A stretch of 64,000 bases of DNA from Endomicrobiia bacterium (GCA_039630545.1 JBCNUU010000001.1:1-64000); one strand, 5' to 3'. Shown: positions 29,735 to 39,301, counted from the stretch's first letter. A program made the numbers and translations. Notes: generated by a model from the sequence alone, not told the origin.

Positions 29735-30530
29735 AATAGGCAACATTGCTTTAAGAACCTATGGATTGTTTGTTGCATTAGGAGTACTTTTAGCTTATAA
29801 CTATGTGCGCTACTTTGGTTATAAATTAAAACACATAAAACAGGAATTTTTAAGTAATTTTTTGTTTTATACTATTTTGATAGGATTTTTGGGTGGAAGA
29901 TTATTTTATGTTTTGTTTAATTTCTACTATTATAAAAACAATTTAATAGATATTTTTAAAATCTGGGAAGGTGGTTTAGTCTTTTATGGAGGATTTATTT
30001 TAGGGTTAATATTTGGTGTTTTTTATGTAATAATAAACAAACAAAATCTTTTTGATATAATGGATATATCTTCTTCTGGTTTGTATTTAGGTTTAAGTGT
30101 GGGACGTATCGGGTGCTTTTTTGCTGGTTGTTGTTATGGAAAACCTACAGAAAGCATATTAGGAGTAGTTTTTAGTCATCCCGAAAGTTTAGCACCCACT
30201 GGAATCAAGCTTTTTCCAACTCAACTGTTTGAGTCATTTTATTCTTTTTTAATATTTATTTTTTTACATGTTTTACTTCAAAAGCAGATTTTCCAAAAAA
30301 GATTGTTTTTTATAGGTGGAATTATTTATTCAATTTTCAGATTTCTCAACGAGTTTTTAAGAGGTGATGATAGAGGAAGATTTATCTACAATCTTTCACC
30401 ATCACAGTTTATAAGTATAGTAATTTTTTTGTTGTTTTTGCTTTTGTTTTTTTATATAACTTTTAAGTATAAAGATGGAGAAGATAAAATTGAAAGTAGA
30501 AAAAATTGCCTCTCCAGTAAGAATAGATAA
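29715..30530 (+). CDS. lgt: Prolipoprotein diacylglyceryl transferase
   Basis: GGRLFYV, IWEGGLVFYGG, GRIGCF, PTQLFE. Confidence 0.95.
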   Translation: MYPTLFKIGNIALRTYGLFVALGVLLAYNYVRYFGYKLKHIKQEFLSNFLFYTILIGFLGGRLFYVLFNFYYYKNNLIDIFKIWEGGLVFYGGFILGLIFGVFYVIINKQNLFDIMDISSSGLYLGLSVGRIGCFFAGCCYGKPTESILGVVFSHPESLAPTGIKLFPTQLFESFYSFLIFIFLHVLLQKQIFQKRLFFIGGIIYSIFRFLNEFLRGDDRGRFIYNLSPSQFISIVIFLLFLLLFFYITFKYKDGEDKIESRKNCLSSKNR

Positions 30531-31389
30531 ATATTTAAGTGATAAGTTTACAAATTATTCACGGGAGTTTATAAAGTTGCTTTGTAAAAATCAACTTGTA
30601 AAAATCAATGGACAATATGCTGAGCCTGATTTTAGAATAAAAGAAAATGATGAGATAGAAATTAGTTTTCCTCACAGAGATGAATATGTGGTTGGAGAAG
30701 TAGAAAAACTTTCTATTATATATGAAGATGAAGATATTCTGGTGATTAATAAACCTCCATTTCTTAAAGTTCATCCTTCAAAAAATTTTGACCCTGAGAT
30801 TACACTGATAGATCTCTTATCCAAAAAAATCCCGCAAAAGCCAGATTTTGTTTGGCCTTTAAATAGACCATATCTTGTCCACAGATTAGATAAAGAGACT
30901 TCTGGAGTTTTAATAGTTGCTAAAAACCCTCAAGCACAGTATCAAATTTCTAAACAGTTTAAACAGAGACAAATTAAAAAAGTTTATAGATGCATGGTTT
31001 TTGGTGAAATAAAAGATAAAGAGGGTGAGATCATAGCCCCTATTAAAAAAGAAAAACACATCTCTAAAGTTGCCAGTATAGGTAAGCAGGCAGTTACTCG
31101 TTTTAAGCTTTTATCTTTTAAAAATAATATATCTTATTTAGAAGTATATCCATTTACAGGAAGAACACATCAAATAAGAGCACATCTAAGTTTTATTGGC
31201 TATCCTTTGTTAGGAGATTTGATGTATCATGGGGTCTCAAAAATAGAAAATATAAAAATTCCTCGTGTTATGTTACATGCTTATTCAATAGAATTTATAC
31301 ATCCCGGGAGGCAGACATGGCAAAAATATATTGCAGAATATCCAGAAGACTTCAAATTTTTGTTGTCATATTTTTCGTTGGAATCTTAG
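30475..31389 (+). CDS. RluA/RluD-family pseudouridine synthase
   Basis: S4-like N-terminus, VHRLDKETSG, TGRTHQIRAH. Confidence 0.93.
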   Translation: MEKIKLKVEKIASPVRIDKYLSDKFTNYSREFIKLLCKNQLVKINGQYAEPDFRIKENDEIEISFPHRDEYVVGEVEKLSIIYEDEDILVINKPPFLKVHPSKNFDPEITLIDLLSKKIPQKPDFVWPLNRPYLVHRLDKETSGVLIVAKNPQAQYQISKQFKQRQIKKVYRCMVFGEIKDKEGEIIAPIKKEKHISKVASIGKQAVTRFKLLSFKNNISYLEVYPFTGRTHQIRAHLSFIGYPLLGDLMYHGVSKIENIKIPRVMLHAYSIEFIHPGRQTWQKYIAEYPEDFKFLLSYFSLES

Positions 31390-31961
31390 TTTTTAATAAT
31401 ATTTTTTCTGAAACTCAAATTAAGTCTTCTCAGTCATCTTCTTATGCAAAAGCAATAAAAGATTTAACCAAAAAATTAGAAGATTTACAAAACCAACTAG
31501 ATGAAGTTACCCAGAAACTTTCTTCAAATACTCAGGATATAAAAGAAACATCTTCATCCCTTATAGAGCTCAATAAAAAAATAGAAAAGATAAATAATGA
31601 CATATTAGACATATTAAAAAAAATTGAAGCTTTATCTCAGGAAATCTCCTTTTTAAAAAGAGAAAATATAGAAATAAGACAACAGATAGAAACACAGAAG
31701 ACCTCTCAGGAAGAGGAACTTCTGAAACCTGCACAGCAGATAACCGTCGATTCTTCAAAAGATATTGATTTTAATGATTTTCAGGTTCTCAATAAAAGAA
31801 TAGAAGAACTTAAAAAAGAAGTTCAAGAGATAAAAGAAACACAAAAACTTCAGATGGTTTCTGAAATAAAAGACCCTAATTTAAAAAGGATAATTTCGTC
31901 ACCTTACTTTATTTTATCAACTTTTTTTATTTCAATTTTTGCCCTTCTGGCTGCATTTTAA
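31317..31961 (+). CDS. Hypothetical coiled-coil protein with signal peptide and C-terminal TM
   Basis: Hydrophobic N- and C-termini flanking heptad-rich sequence. Confidence 0.65.
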   Translation: MAKIYCRISRRLQIFVVIFFVGILVFNNIFSETQIKSSQSSSYAKAIKDLTKKLEDLQNQLDEVTQKLSSNTQDIKETSSSLIELNKKIEKINNDILDILKKIEALSQEISFLKRENIEIRQQIETQKTSQEEELLKPAQQITVDSSKDIDFNDFQVLNKRIEELKKEVQEIKETQKLQMVSEIKDPNLKRIISSPYFILSTFFISIFALLAAF

Positions 31962-32191
31962 AAATATAGTGTAAATTTCCATAAATTAATTTTTGCTTGA
32001 CTTTTCCTGTAGAATTTGATAAATTAAATTTGTATAAATCTAACATTGATATGGCAGAAGATTTTTTGTTTTTAAATTGTAATTTCGTGAAAAAAATAAG
32101 ATCAGCTCTTCTCTGGTTTTTGGTCTTAGTGTGTTCCTTTGTTTTTGTCTCATCTAAGAAGCAGAAAAAAATTCTTAAGGAGGTAAAGTCA

Positions 32192-32701
32192 ATGAAAATA
32201 GCTATGATTATTGCTAAGGAGAACTTCCGGGATGAGGAATATTTGCAACCTAAAGATATCTTTCTAAAAGCTGGTTTTTTAGTTGAAACTTTTAGTACTT
32301 CAACAGGTACAGCTAAAGGTATGTTAGGTGCCAAAGCAGAGGTAGATAAAAACATAAAAGATCTTAAAGTAGAAGACTATGACGCTATAGTGTTTGTAGG
32401 AGGTAGTGGTTCTTCGTGCTACTGGGATGATCCTTTAGCGCATAAGATAGCAAAAGAAGCCGTTTCTAAAGATAAAGTTTTGGCTGCTATATGTATAGCA
32501 CCTGTGACTTTAGCTAGGGCTGGAGTTTTGCAGGGCAAAAAGTCTACTGTTTATCCTTCAGAGGCTACACAGCTTAAACAGTTAAAAGCAAACTATACAG
32601 GCAAAGATGTAGAAGTAGATGGAAAAATAGTTACTGCTTCTGGCCCTCATGCGGCAAAGCAGTTTGCTGAAAAAATAAAAGAGATGCTGCTTAAAAAATA
32701 A
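32192..32701 (+). CDS. DJ-1/PfpI family protein
   Basis: FRDEE, FVGG, AAICIAP; AAGGAGGT before ATG 32192; in-frame upstream extension possible. Confidence 0.9.
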   Translation: MKIAMIIAKENFRDEEYLQPKDIFLKAGFLVETFSTSTGTAKGMLGAKAEVDKNIKDLKVEDYDAIVFVGGSGSSCYWDDPLAHKIAKEAVSKDKVLAAICIAPVTLARAGVLQGKKSTVYPSEATQLKQLKANYTGKDVEVDGKIVTASGPHAAKQFAEKIKEMLLKK

Positions 32702-32702
32702 T

Positions 32703-33698
32703 ATGGAATGGGTACTGAGTATCACCATTATTTTTCTTTGTTATTTGTTCTGTTTTACAAATGGTTTTAATGATGCTGCAAATATTATAGCACTTCCAGT
32801 AGTTACAAGAGTAATATCACCTTTTTTGGGATTGTTTTTAGCTTGTATTTTTGAATTCATAGGATGCTATTTTTTAGGTGAATTAGTTTTAAAAACAATT
32901 CTAAAAGATATCATAGATTTTAGTTTTTTACAGAGTAATTTATATAAATTTTTATTTTCAATTTTATTTGTCGCTAGCAGCTGGGGTATAGTGTGTACTA
33001 TTTTAGGATTTCCTATATCATCCTCTCATACTCTCATAGGAGCTCTCTTGGGTGGAGCTATTGGAGCAAAAGGTTTTTATGTGATAAAATGGATTAATAT
33101 TTTAAAAATTGTTTTATTTTTAATTTTAGCCCCAATTTTAAGTTTATTTTTTTGTTACTTATTAACAAAAATTGTTTATTTTATTTTTTTAAACTCTGAT
33201 AAAAAAGTAAGCAAATTTTTTGAAGTATTACAAATTTTTTCTCTTTGTTTTTTTGCTTTGGCACATGGTTCAAATAATGGTAAAAAAATAGTTGGTTTAT
33301 TTTATTTTTGTTTGTTAGTTTTGGGATTTTATAAAGCAGAAGAAGTTTTGCCTCAATGGGTTTTGTTAAGTTGTGCTATTGTGATAAGTTGTGGTGTTTT
33401 TTTAGGAGGCAAAAATGTGATAAAAACTGTAGGAATGAAAATATATAAACTAAAACAATGGCAAGCGGCTATTTCGCAGTTTGGTTCGTCTTTGCTTTTG
33501 TATTTAGGTAGTTGTCTTGGTATCCCTCTTTCATCTACTCATCTGATAGTGGGTTCAGTTATAGGTTCTGGATTGTCATATAAAACAAAGTGTGTGAGAT
33601 GGAATTTTGGTTTAGGAATTTTTCTTGTGTGGATTTTAACTTTACCGTTGAGTGTTATTTTGTCTTATTTTGTATTTAATATAGTTAAATTTTTATGA
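32703..33698 (+). CDS. PiT-family inorganic phosphate transporter
   Basis: NGFNDAAN, GFPISSSH, GIPLSSTH, multi-TM. Confidence 0.88.
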   Translation: MEWVLSITIIFLCYLFCFTNGFNDAANIIALPVVTRVISPFLGLFLACIFEFIGCYFLGELVLKTILKDIIDFSFLQSNLYKFLFSILFVASSWGIVCTILGFPISSSHTLIGALLGGAIGAKGFYVIKWINILKIVLFLILAPILSLFFCYLLTKIVYFIFLNSDKKVSKFFEVLQIFSLCFFALAHGSNNGKKIVGLFYFCLLVLGFYKAEEVLPQWVLLSCAIVISCGVFLGGKNVIKTVGMKIYKLKQWQAAISQFGSSLLLYLGSCLGIPLSSTHLIVGSVIGSGLSYKTKCVRWNFGLGIFLVWILTLPLSVILSYFVFNIVKFL

Positions 33699-34408
33699 AA
33701 AAGATATTATTTTTTATTTTTACAGCCACTCAATTATTACAAGCTATAGAAATTATCTCTTATGGAGTTGACGGGAAAAACTATAATACAGATGTAGTAA
33801 TTCATCAAAGAAATCCAGTGGTATTTTTTGAGTATATAGAAGGTTATGTTGTGAAAAATTTTGAGATAAAACTTTCTAGCTTTTCTTCAGGGCTAATTAG
33901 TGGTAGTACTATCTGGTATGTCAATCAAACAACGACTTCTTTAAATACCTTAAACAATATTACTAGAATAGAAATTCCGTCTACACAAATAGGTTTAAAA
34001 GTAAGAACTACATACTATCTGATGATAACAGTTTATGACATTTCTTCAACCAGTGTAACTTTAACAGATACATTTTTTACTACTCTTTCGGCAGCAAAAC
34101 TTGAAGGAAATATCATTTTAGAGGTGGACTACAAAAATCCATTTTCACCAAAAATGGGTGAAACTACACAGATAAGATACAAGACAAATAAAGACACCCA
34201 GATAAAAATTTGTGTTTTTAGTATCTCAGGAAAGTTTATAAGAAGTTTAGTAGATAACATAGCTTTAAAAGATATGGTGTATACTGTTTCATGGGATGGA
34301 AAAGATGAAAATGGTGTGTATTTGCCTTCTGGGATATATATTGTCTCTCTTATAATTCCAGAAGAAACACCAGTAACAAAATTAATTGGTATAGTAGAAA
34401 AGAAATGA
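33695..34408 (+). CDS. Exported protein with C-terminal FlgD-Ig / T9SS CTD-like domain
   Basis: Signal peptide; NPFSP...VFSISGKFIR...WDGKDENG...LPSGIYIV. Confidence 0.75.
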   Translation: MKKILFFIFTATQLLQAIEIISYGVDGKNYNTDVVIHQRNPVVFFEYIEGYVVKNFEIKLSSFSSGLISGSTIWYVNQTTTSLNTLNNITRIEIPSTQIGLKVRTTYYLMITVYDISSTSVTLTDTFFTTLSAAKLEGNIILEVDYKNPFSPKMGETTQIRYKTNKDTQIKICVFSISGKFIRSLVDNIALKDMVYTVSWDGKDENGVYLPSGIYIVSLIIPEETPVTKLIGIVEKK

Positions 34409-36435
34409 TAAAACTATTCTTTTTTATTTTTCTGACAACAAATCTGGTTTTTTGTGTAGAAAATTTTGATTTTTTACTAATACCATTTGGTGTAAGAGCT
34501 ACTGGTGCAGGTGGTAACTTTGTGTCGTTATATGACACCTCTGAAGGACTTTTTTATAATCCAGCGGCTGCCGTGGCTTCAAACCATAGTGAAGTAACTT
34601 TAGCTCATCATATCTATTACACTGACACTTCTTTACAACAGCTTGCCTGTAATGCTGCGTTTGGATGGTTCGGTTTTGGAATCACTGCTGTGAGGTTGGC
34701 CACTTCAGATATTCCAATTATTGACAATTATTATCTTTACGAAGAGAGTTTTAATTTTAGTTCATTATTCAGTGGAGTTACTTTAGCATTTGCACCTATT
34801 AAAAATATATGTTTTGGTTTTACTTCCAAGTATGTAGAAGAAAGTATCTTCAAAGACAGAAATTCATCCATCGTATATGATACTGGTTTTGTTTTAAGGA
34901 CTAACAATGACTTATTCTCGGTAAGTGCTGCTTTACAAAATCTGTACTATAATGGTGAGAAATATACCTTTCCAACTTTTTACAATGTAGGTATAAGACT
35001 TTATTTTGATCTTCCTCATCAAGCTACAAAAATTAATTTTTTAGCAACAGCAAAGGTTGATTATGCAACTAATAACAAAATATACACTTTTGGTATAGAA
35101 CATTGGGGAGCTGATGTATTAGGAATAAGGGTAGGATATATATTTGATGAGAAAAAAAATAACCTTAACATATATGAACAAATTTCATTTTTTACAGCTG
35201 GTATAAGTTTAAAAATAGGAAATTTTGGAGTTGATTATTCTTATTTGCCCAACACAGCCTTAGGAAACACTCATAATATTGGTTTGAGTTTTAAATTTAA
35301 AACCAAAAAGGAGATAAAAATAATAGAACTTCCCTGTGAGTTAGAAGTTGAACCTTACTATTTCTCACCTAATAATGATGGCTACTTAGATAATATATTT
35401 TTCAGACACAATGTTACCACCACAACTAATGTAAGAGAAATTTTGTATAGTGTAAAAGATATAAATCAAAAAGAAGTTTTCGTTTTTACATCCACATATA
35501 TTCCTACGGTAGCTGATACTTTTTATACTTTTGATGGTAAAGATTTAAATAAGAATACTCTTCTTGATGGAGAATACTTTGTAGAATTTGCTATGAAACA
35601 ACAGAAAGAAGATAAAATTATAATTTATAGATCTCCTAAAGAAAAATTTGTTGTTGATACGATTTCACCGAGTATAAGTATTATTCTTTCTACTCCTACA
35701 ATCTCTCCTGATGGAGATAATGTGGATGACTCTGTGAAGTTTAATATTTCAATCCAGGATGAATTTTCACCTTTAGAGAATATAGAAGCCGGTATATTTA
35801 ACTTCAAAAATCAAAAAATTTATTCATACAAAATAACTGTTTCTTCGTATCAAAAGCAGGAGATAGAGCTGATATGGGACGGAAAAGATGAAATTTATGA
35901 AAAAGTTGTTCCTAATGGAGAATATAAAATTATTTTAATAGCAAAAGATAAAGCTGGAAACAAATCAACTAAAGAAGAAAAATTTAAAGTAAATGTATTA
36001 GCTAAACCGCCTCAAAAAATCATAGAAAAGCAACAAGAGATATTTTATATAAAAGGTGCAAAAGTAACAATAGAAGATAAAGGTATAGTAATCACCTATC
36101 CTACAGATGAATTGTTTGATAAGGAAACAAAAGAAATTTCTTCTAATATGTTTAGTTCATTAGATTCACTTGCTGAAATTATAAAAAATAAATATCCAGA
36201 CAGAAAAATCCTAATTGAGGCTCATACTGACTCTGTAGGAGATGAGTTAGCCAATAAAGCAAAATCTTCTGCTTTTGCCTGGAAGGTGTATTCTTACTTT
36301 GTAAAAAATTGTGCTTTGGATGGAAAACTATTAGAAGTAAAAGGGTGGGGTGAAGAAAAACCAATTGCATCAAATAAAACTAAACTTGGTAGAGCAAAAA
36401 ACAGAAGAGTAGAAATAATAATTACTCATCCATAA
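34405..36435 (+). CDS. PorV-like beta-barrel fused to two FlgD-Ig-like domains and an OmpA-like domain
   Basis: PFGVRATGAGG...LFYNPAA barrel N-terminus; FSPNNDGYLD and ISPDGDNVDD...WDGKD repeats; AHTDSVG...GWGEEKPIASN...NRRVEI. Confidence 0.75.
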   Translation: MIKLFFFIFLTTNLVFCVENFDFLLIPFGVRATGAGGNFVSLYDTSEGLFYNPAAAVASNHSEVTLAHHIYYTDTSLQQLACNAAFGWFGFGITAVRLATSDIPIIDNYYLYEESFNFSSLFSGVTLAFAPIKNICFGFTSKYVEESIFKDRNSSIVYDTGFVLRTNNDLFSVSAALQNLYYNGEKYTFPTFYNVGIRLYFDLPHQATKINFLATAKVDYATNNKIYTFGIEHWGADVLGIRVGYIFDEKKNNLNIYEQISFFTAGISLKIGNFGVDYSYLPNTALGNTHNIGLSFKFKTKKEIKIIELPCELEVEPYYFSPNNDGYLDNIFFRHNVTTTTNVREILYSVKDINQKEVFVFTSTYIPTVADTFYTFDGKDLNKNTLLDGEYFVEFAMKQQKEDKIIIYRSPKEKFVVDTISPSISIILSTPTISPDGDNVDDSVKFNISIQDEFSPLENIEAGIFNFKNQKIYSYKITVSSYQKQEIELIWDGKDEIYEKVVPNGEYKIILIAKDKAGNKSTKEEKFKVNVLAKPPQKIIEKQQEIFYIKGAKVTIEDKGIVITYPTDELFDKETKEISSNMFSSLDSLAEIIKNKYPDRKILIEAHTDSVGDELANKAKSSAFAWKVYSYFVKNCALDGKLLEVKGWGEEKPIASNKTKLGRAKNRRVEIIITHP

Positions 36436-36449
36436 AAGGAGGAAAAACT

Positions 36450-37223
36450 ATGCCTGAAGAAGTCCGTCAACTACCAAAGGGTGCAAGTATTTTGGTTGTG
36501 ATTTTTATTTCTTTAGTTGTTTCATTTGCAGTGAGTTTTTTTTCTTATTTTTTTATTTTTCCTGGCATAGAAAAAAAATATCTCTATGTAAGAGTTCCCG
36601 ACATAAGAAAACTTCCTTTATCAGAAGCTACAAAGACCTTGCAATCTTTGGAGTTAAACTACAATATAGTAGAAGAACAAGAATCTGAGATTCAAGCCGG
36701 GTGTGTTATTTCTCAACAACCTCCTCCTAAAGCACTTGTTAAAAAAAATACAGAAATTTTGATTGTCCTATCTAAAGGAACCCAACTGATAAAAATACCT
36801 GATCTAAAAGGGAAAGACTTACAAGAAGCAAAAAGAATTTTGCAGGAAAATAATTTAGACATTTCTGAAATCAAAGAGGTTGAATCAGATGTAGTTGAAA
36901 AAGGTTTTGTAATTTCTCAAGAACCTCAAGCTGGAATTGATGTGAAGAAAGGTTTTAAAGTTACTTTATTGGTAAGTAAAGGAAAACCACTACCTAAACC
37001 ACCTCAGATACTCAAAAAAATAGAAGTGCCAGATATTACAGATAAGTCTTTAATAGAGGCAAAAAAAATTCTTGAATCTAAAGGTTTAAAACTAGGCAAT
37101 GTCAAAAAAGTTTGTGATGAGGATAAAGATTTTGATATAGTAATTTCTCAATCACCTAAAGCTGGAAGTTTGGTACCAGCAGGAAGCAGTGTTAATGTAG
37201 TATATAACACTGAAGAAGAGTAA
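36450..37223 (+). CDS. Membrane-anchored protein with three PASTA domains
   Basis: TM followed by VPDI/IPDL/VPDI repeats each with VISQxP. Confidence 0.88.
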   Translation: MPEEVRQLPKGASILVVIFISLVVSFAVSFFSYFFIFPGIEKKYLYVRVPDIRKLPLSEATKTLQSLELNYNIVEEQESEIQAGCVISQQPPPKALVKKNTEILIVLSKGTQLIKIPDLKGKDLQEAKRILQENNLDISEIKEVESDVVEKGFVISQEPQAGIDVKKGFKVTLLVSKGKPLPKPPQILKKIEVPDITDKSLIEAKKILESKGLKLGNVKKVCDEDKDFDIVISQSPKAGSLVPAGSSVNVVYNTEEE

Positions 37224-37228
37224 TTTTT

Positions 37229-37302
37229 GTCCCTGTAGCTCAACTGGATAGAGCGTCGGGCTTCGAACCCGCAGGTTGCAGGTTCAACTCCTGCCAGGGA
37301 CA
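37229..37302 (+). tRNA. tRNA-Arg (TCG), no encoded CCA
   Basis: Acceptor GTCCCTG/CAGGGAC, anticodon arm TCGGG-CTTCGAA-CCCGC, GCAGG-TTCAACT-CCTGC. Confidence 0.93.
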
Positions 37303-37412
37303 TGGATTTTAGTTTTAACAAATTAAATAAACACTTGACAATTTATACTTAATTTTGTAGATAATCTCATCTAAATTATTATTTTAGCTAATTAATTAGG
37401 AGGTATCTAAAA

Positions 37413-37931
37413 ATGTATAAAAAATATAGTCTTATTCTAATTTTGTTTTCTTGCATAATTTTTTTTGGTTGTCCTAAAAAGGTCACGACTCCTTCTCCAG
37501 AAGAAGTAACACCACCTCGACAGCAGGAAGTTGAAGTAGAACCACAAGAACCTTCCATTAGAGGTGATGAGTTTGTATCTATACCAGAATTAAAAAATGT
37601 TTATTTTGAATTTGATAAATATGATTTGACAGAAGAAGCTAAAGGTATACTCCAAAAGAATGCTGAGTATCTTATTTCTAATCCTCAATATGAAATCCTT
37701 GTAGAAGGTCACACTTGCGAATGTGGCTCTAACGATTACAATTTAGGTTTGGGTCAAAAGAGAGCCAATGCTGTAAGAGACTACTATATTAATCTAGGTA
37801 TTCAAGCTAATAGAATTGCAACCATTTCTTATGGAGAAGAAAAACCCATAAATCCTAATGCAGGTCCTCCTGATACATCTCTTTGTAAGCCAAATCGTAG
37901 AGCAGAAACTAAAGTCAGGCTCAAAAAATAA
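37413..37931 (+). CDS. pal: Peptidoglycan-associated lipoprotein
   Basis: Lipobox FFGC, VYFEFDKY, LGQKRANAV, SYGEEKP, NRRAE. Confidence 0.9.
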   Translation: MYKKYSLILILFSCIIFFGCPKKVTTPSPEEVTPPRQQEVEVEPQEPSIRGDEFVSIPELKNVYFEFDKYDLTEEAKGILQKNAEYLISNPQYEILVEGHTCECGSNDYNLGLGQKRANAVRDYYINLGIQANRIATISYGEEKPINPNAGPPDTSLCKPNRRAETKVRLKK

Positions 37932-37980
37932 GCTGAAGTAATAGTTTATATTTTTAGGATTTTCAACAAGCCTCTATGAT

Positions 37981-38679
37981 ATGAAAAAAATTGAAGAAGC
38001 ATATATTTTTTGCATTTGGTTAGTATTTTCAAGCGTAGCTTTTTATGGTTGTCTTGCTACTTCTGAGGAAGTGATATCTTTAAGAGAAGAAATAGCAGCG
38101 CTAAAAGCAGAAATGGTTTCTCTTAAAAGAAATCAAGCAGAACTTAACTCTCAAATGAAACAGCTTAACACTAATTTACAGATTTATACAGAAAAAATTG
38201 AAGAAAATAAATATAAAATGTCAATGCTTTCCCAAAGAATGGATGATATCCACTCCAGTTTATCTCAAAGAATGGATATTTTATCAAAACAGCTTCCCAA
38301 AGTAGATACAGCTATGATTCCTCTGCCTACCGAATTTTTCAACATGGCTTACAATGATTATTTAAGAGGTATGTATGATTTAGCCATAAGAGGTTTTAAG
38401 GATTATCTTTCCAGATATCCTGAAAGTGAACTGGCAAACAAAGCATATTTTTACTTAGCAGATTGTTATTATGTTAAAAGACAATATCAAGACTGCATAA
38501 AGATAATAGATGAATATCTTAAAAAATATCAGAAAGATGATTACTTAACCACTATGTTGTATAAAAAAGGAGTATGTCTGCAGCATTTAGGAAATAAAAA
38601 GCAAGCACAAGAGATTTTTGATTTGATCACATCTGAGTATCCTAACTCAAAAGAAGCACAGGAAATATTGGGCAAGTAA
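37981..38679 (+). CDS. cpoB: Tol-Pal associated coiled-coil/TPR protein (YbgF/CpoB)
   Basis: Putative lipobox FYGC, coiled coil, TPR (AYNDY, YLSRYPES); follows pal. Confidence 0.82.
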   Translation: MKKIEEAYIFCIWLVFSSVAFYGCLATSEEVISLREEIAALKAEMVSLKRNQAELNSQMKQLNTNLQIYTEKIEENKYKMSMLSQRMDDIHSSLSQRMDILSKQLPKVDTAMIPLPTEFFNMAYNDYLRGMYDLAIRGFKDYLSRYPESELANKAYFYLADCYYVKRQYQDCIKIIDEYLKKYQKDDYLTTMLYKKGVCLQHLGNKKQAQEIFDLITSEYPNSKEAQEILGK

Positions 38680-38686
38680 TTTATGT

Positions 38687-39301
38687 ATGGACTCTCTACG
38701 GATAAGAGTATCTTTTTTATTATCTTGTTTGTTTCATTTTTTATTATTTTTTGGTGTGAAGTATATACCTAAAAAAAAACCTATAGTTATATCTTTCCCT
38801 GTAGAACTTATAACTTTGCCATCATTTGAAAAAGTAATAGATGAAAAATTACCTTCTGAAAAGCAAATAAAGAAAGAAGAGATAATAATTCCAAAAAAGA
38901 TAAAGAAACAAAAAAAAGAAATTAAAAAAACTGAAGAAATAAAAGATAAACAACAAACACAACAAATTTCTTCAACTTCCAAACCGTCCAGTTTACCCTC
39001 TTTATCTTTAGAGACAGCGAAGTTTCCTTTTACCTATTATGTAAATCAAATAAGAAAAAAAATTGTAGAAAACTGGATGTGGTCACACAATTATCCGGGA
39101 GAGTTAAAAACAGTGGTATATTTTAGAATATTAAAAAATGGCAACATTGAAGATCTAAAAATTAAAGAGTCTTCAGGCAACAGGTTTTATGATAATCTAT
39201 GCATCAGAGCTGTAGAGCTTGCTCAGCCTTTTCCACCTTTACCTGCTGGATTTAAAGAGGATTATCTTGGAGTATTTTTTGAATTTAAATATTATGAATA
39301 A
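38687..39301 (+). CDS. TolA/TonB-family energy transducer
   Basis: TM with SxxxH (SCLFH), Lys/Glu-rich linker, C-terminal domain SSGNRFYD...PFPPLP. Confidence 0.82.
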   Translation: MDSLRIRVSFLLSCLFHFLLFFGVKYIPKKKPIVISFPVELITLPSFEKVIDEKLPSEKQIKKEEIIIPKKIKKQKKEIKKTEEIKDKQQTQQISSTSKPSSLPSLSLETAKFPFTYYVNQIRKKIVENWMWSHNYPGELKTVVYFRILKNGNIEDLKIKESSGNRFYDNLCIRAVELAQPFPPLPAGFKEDYLGVFFEFKYYE

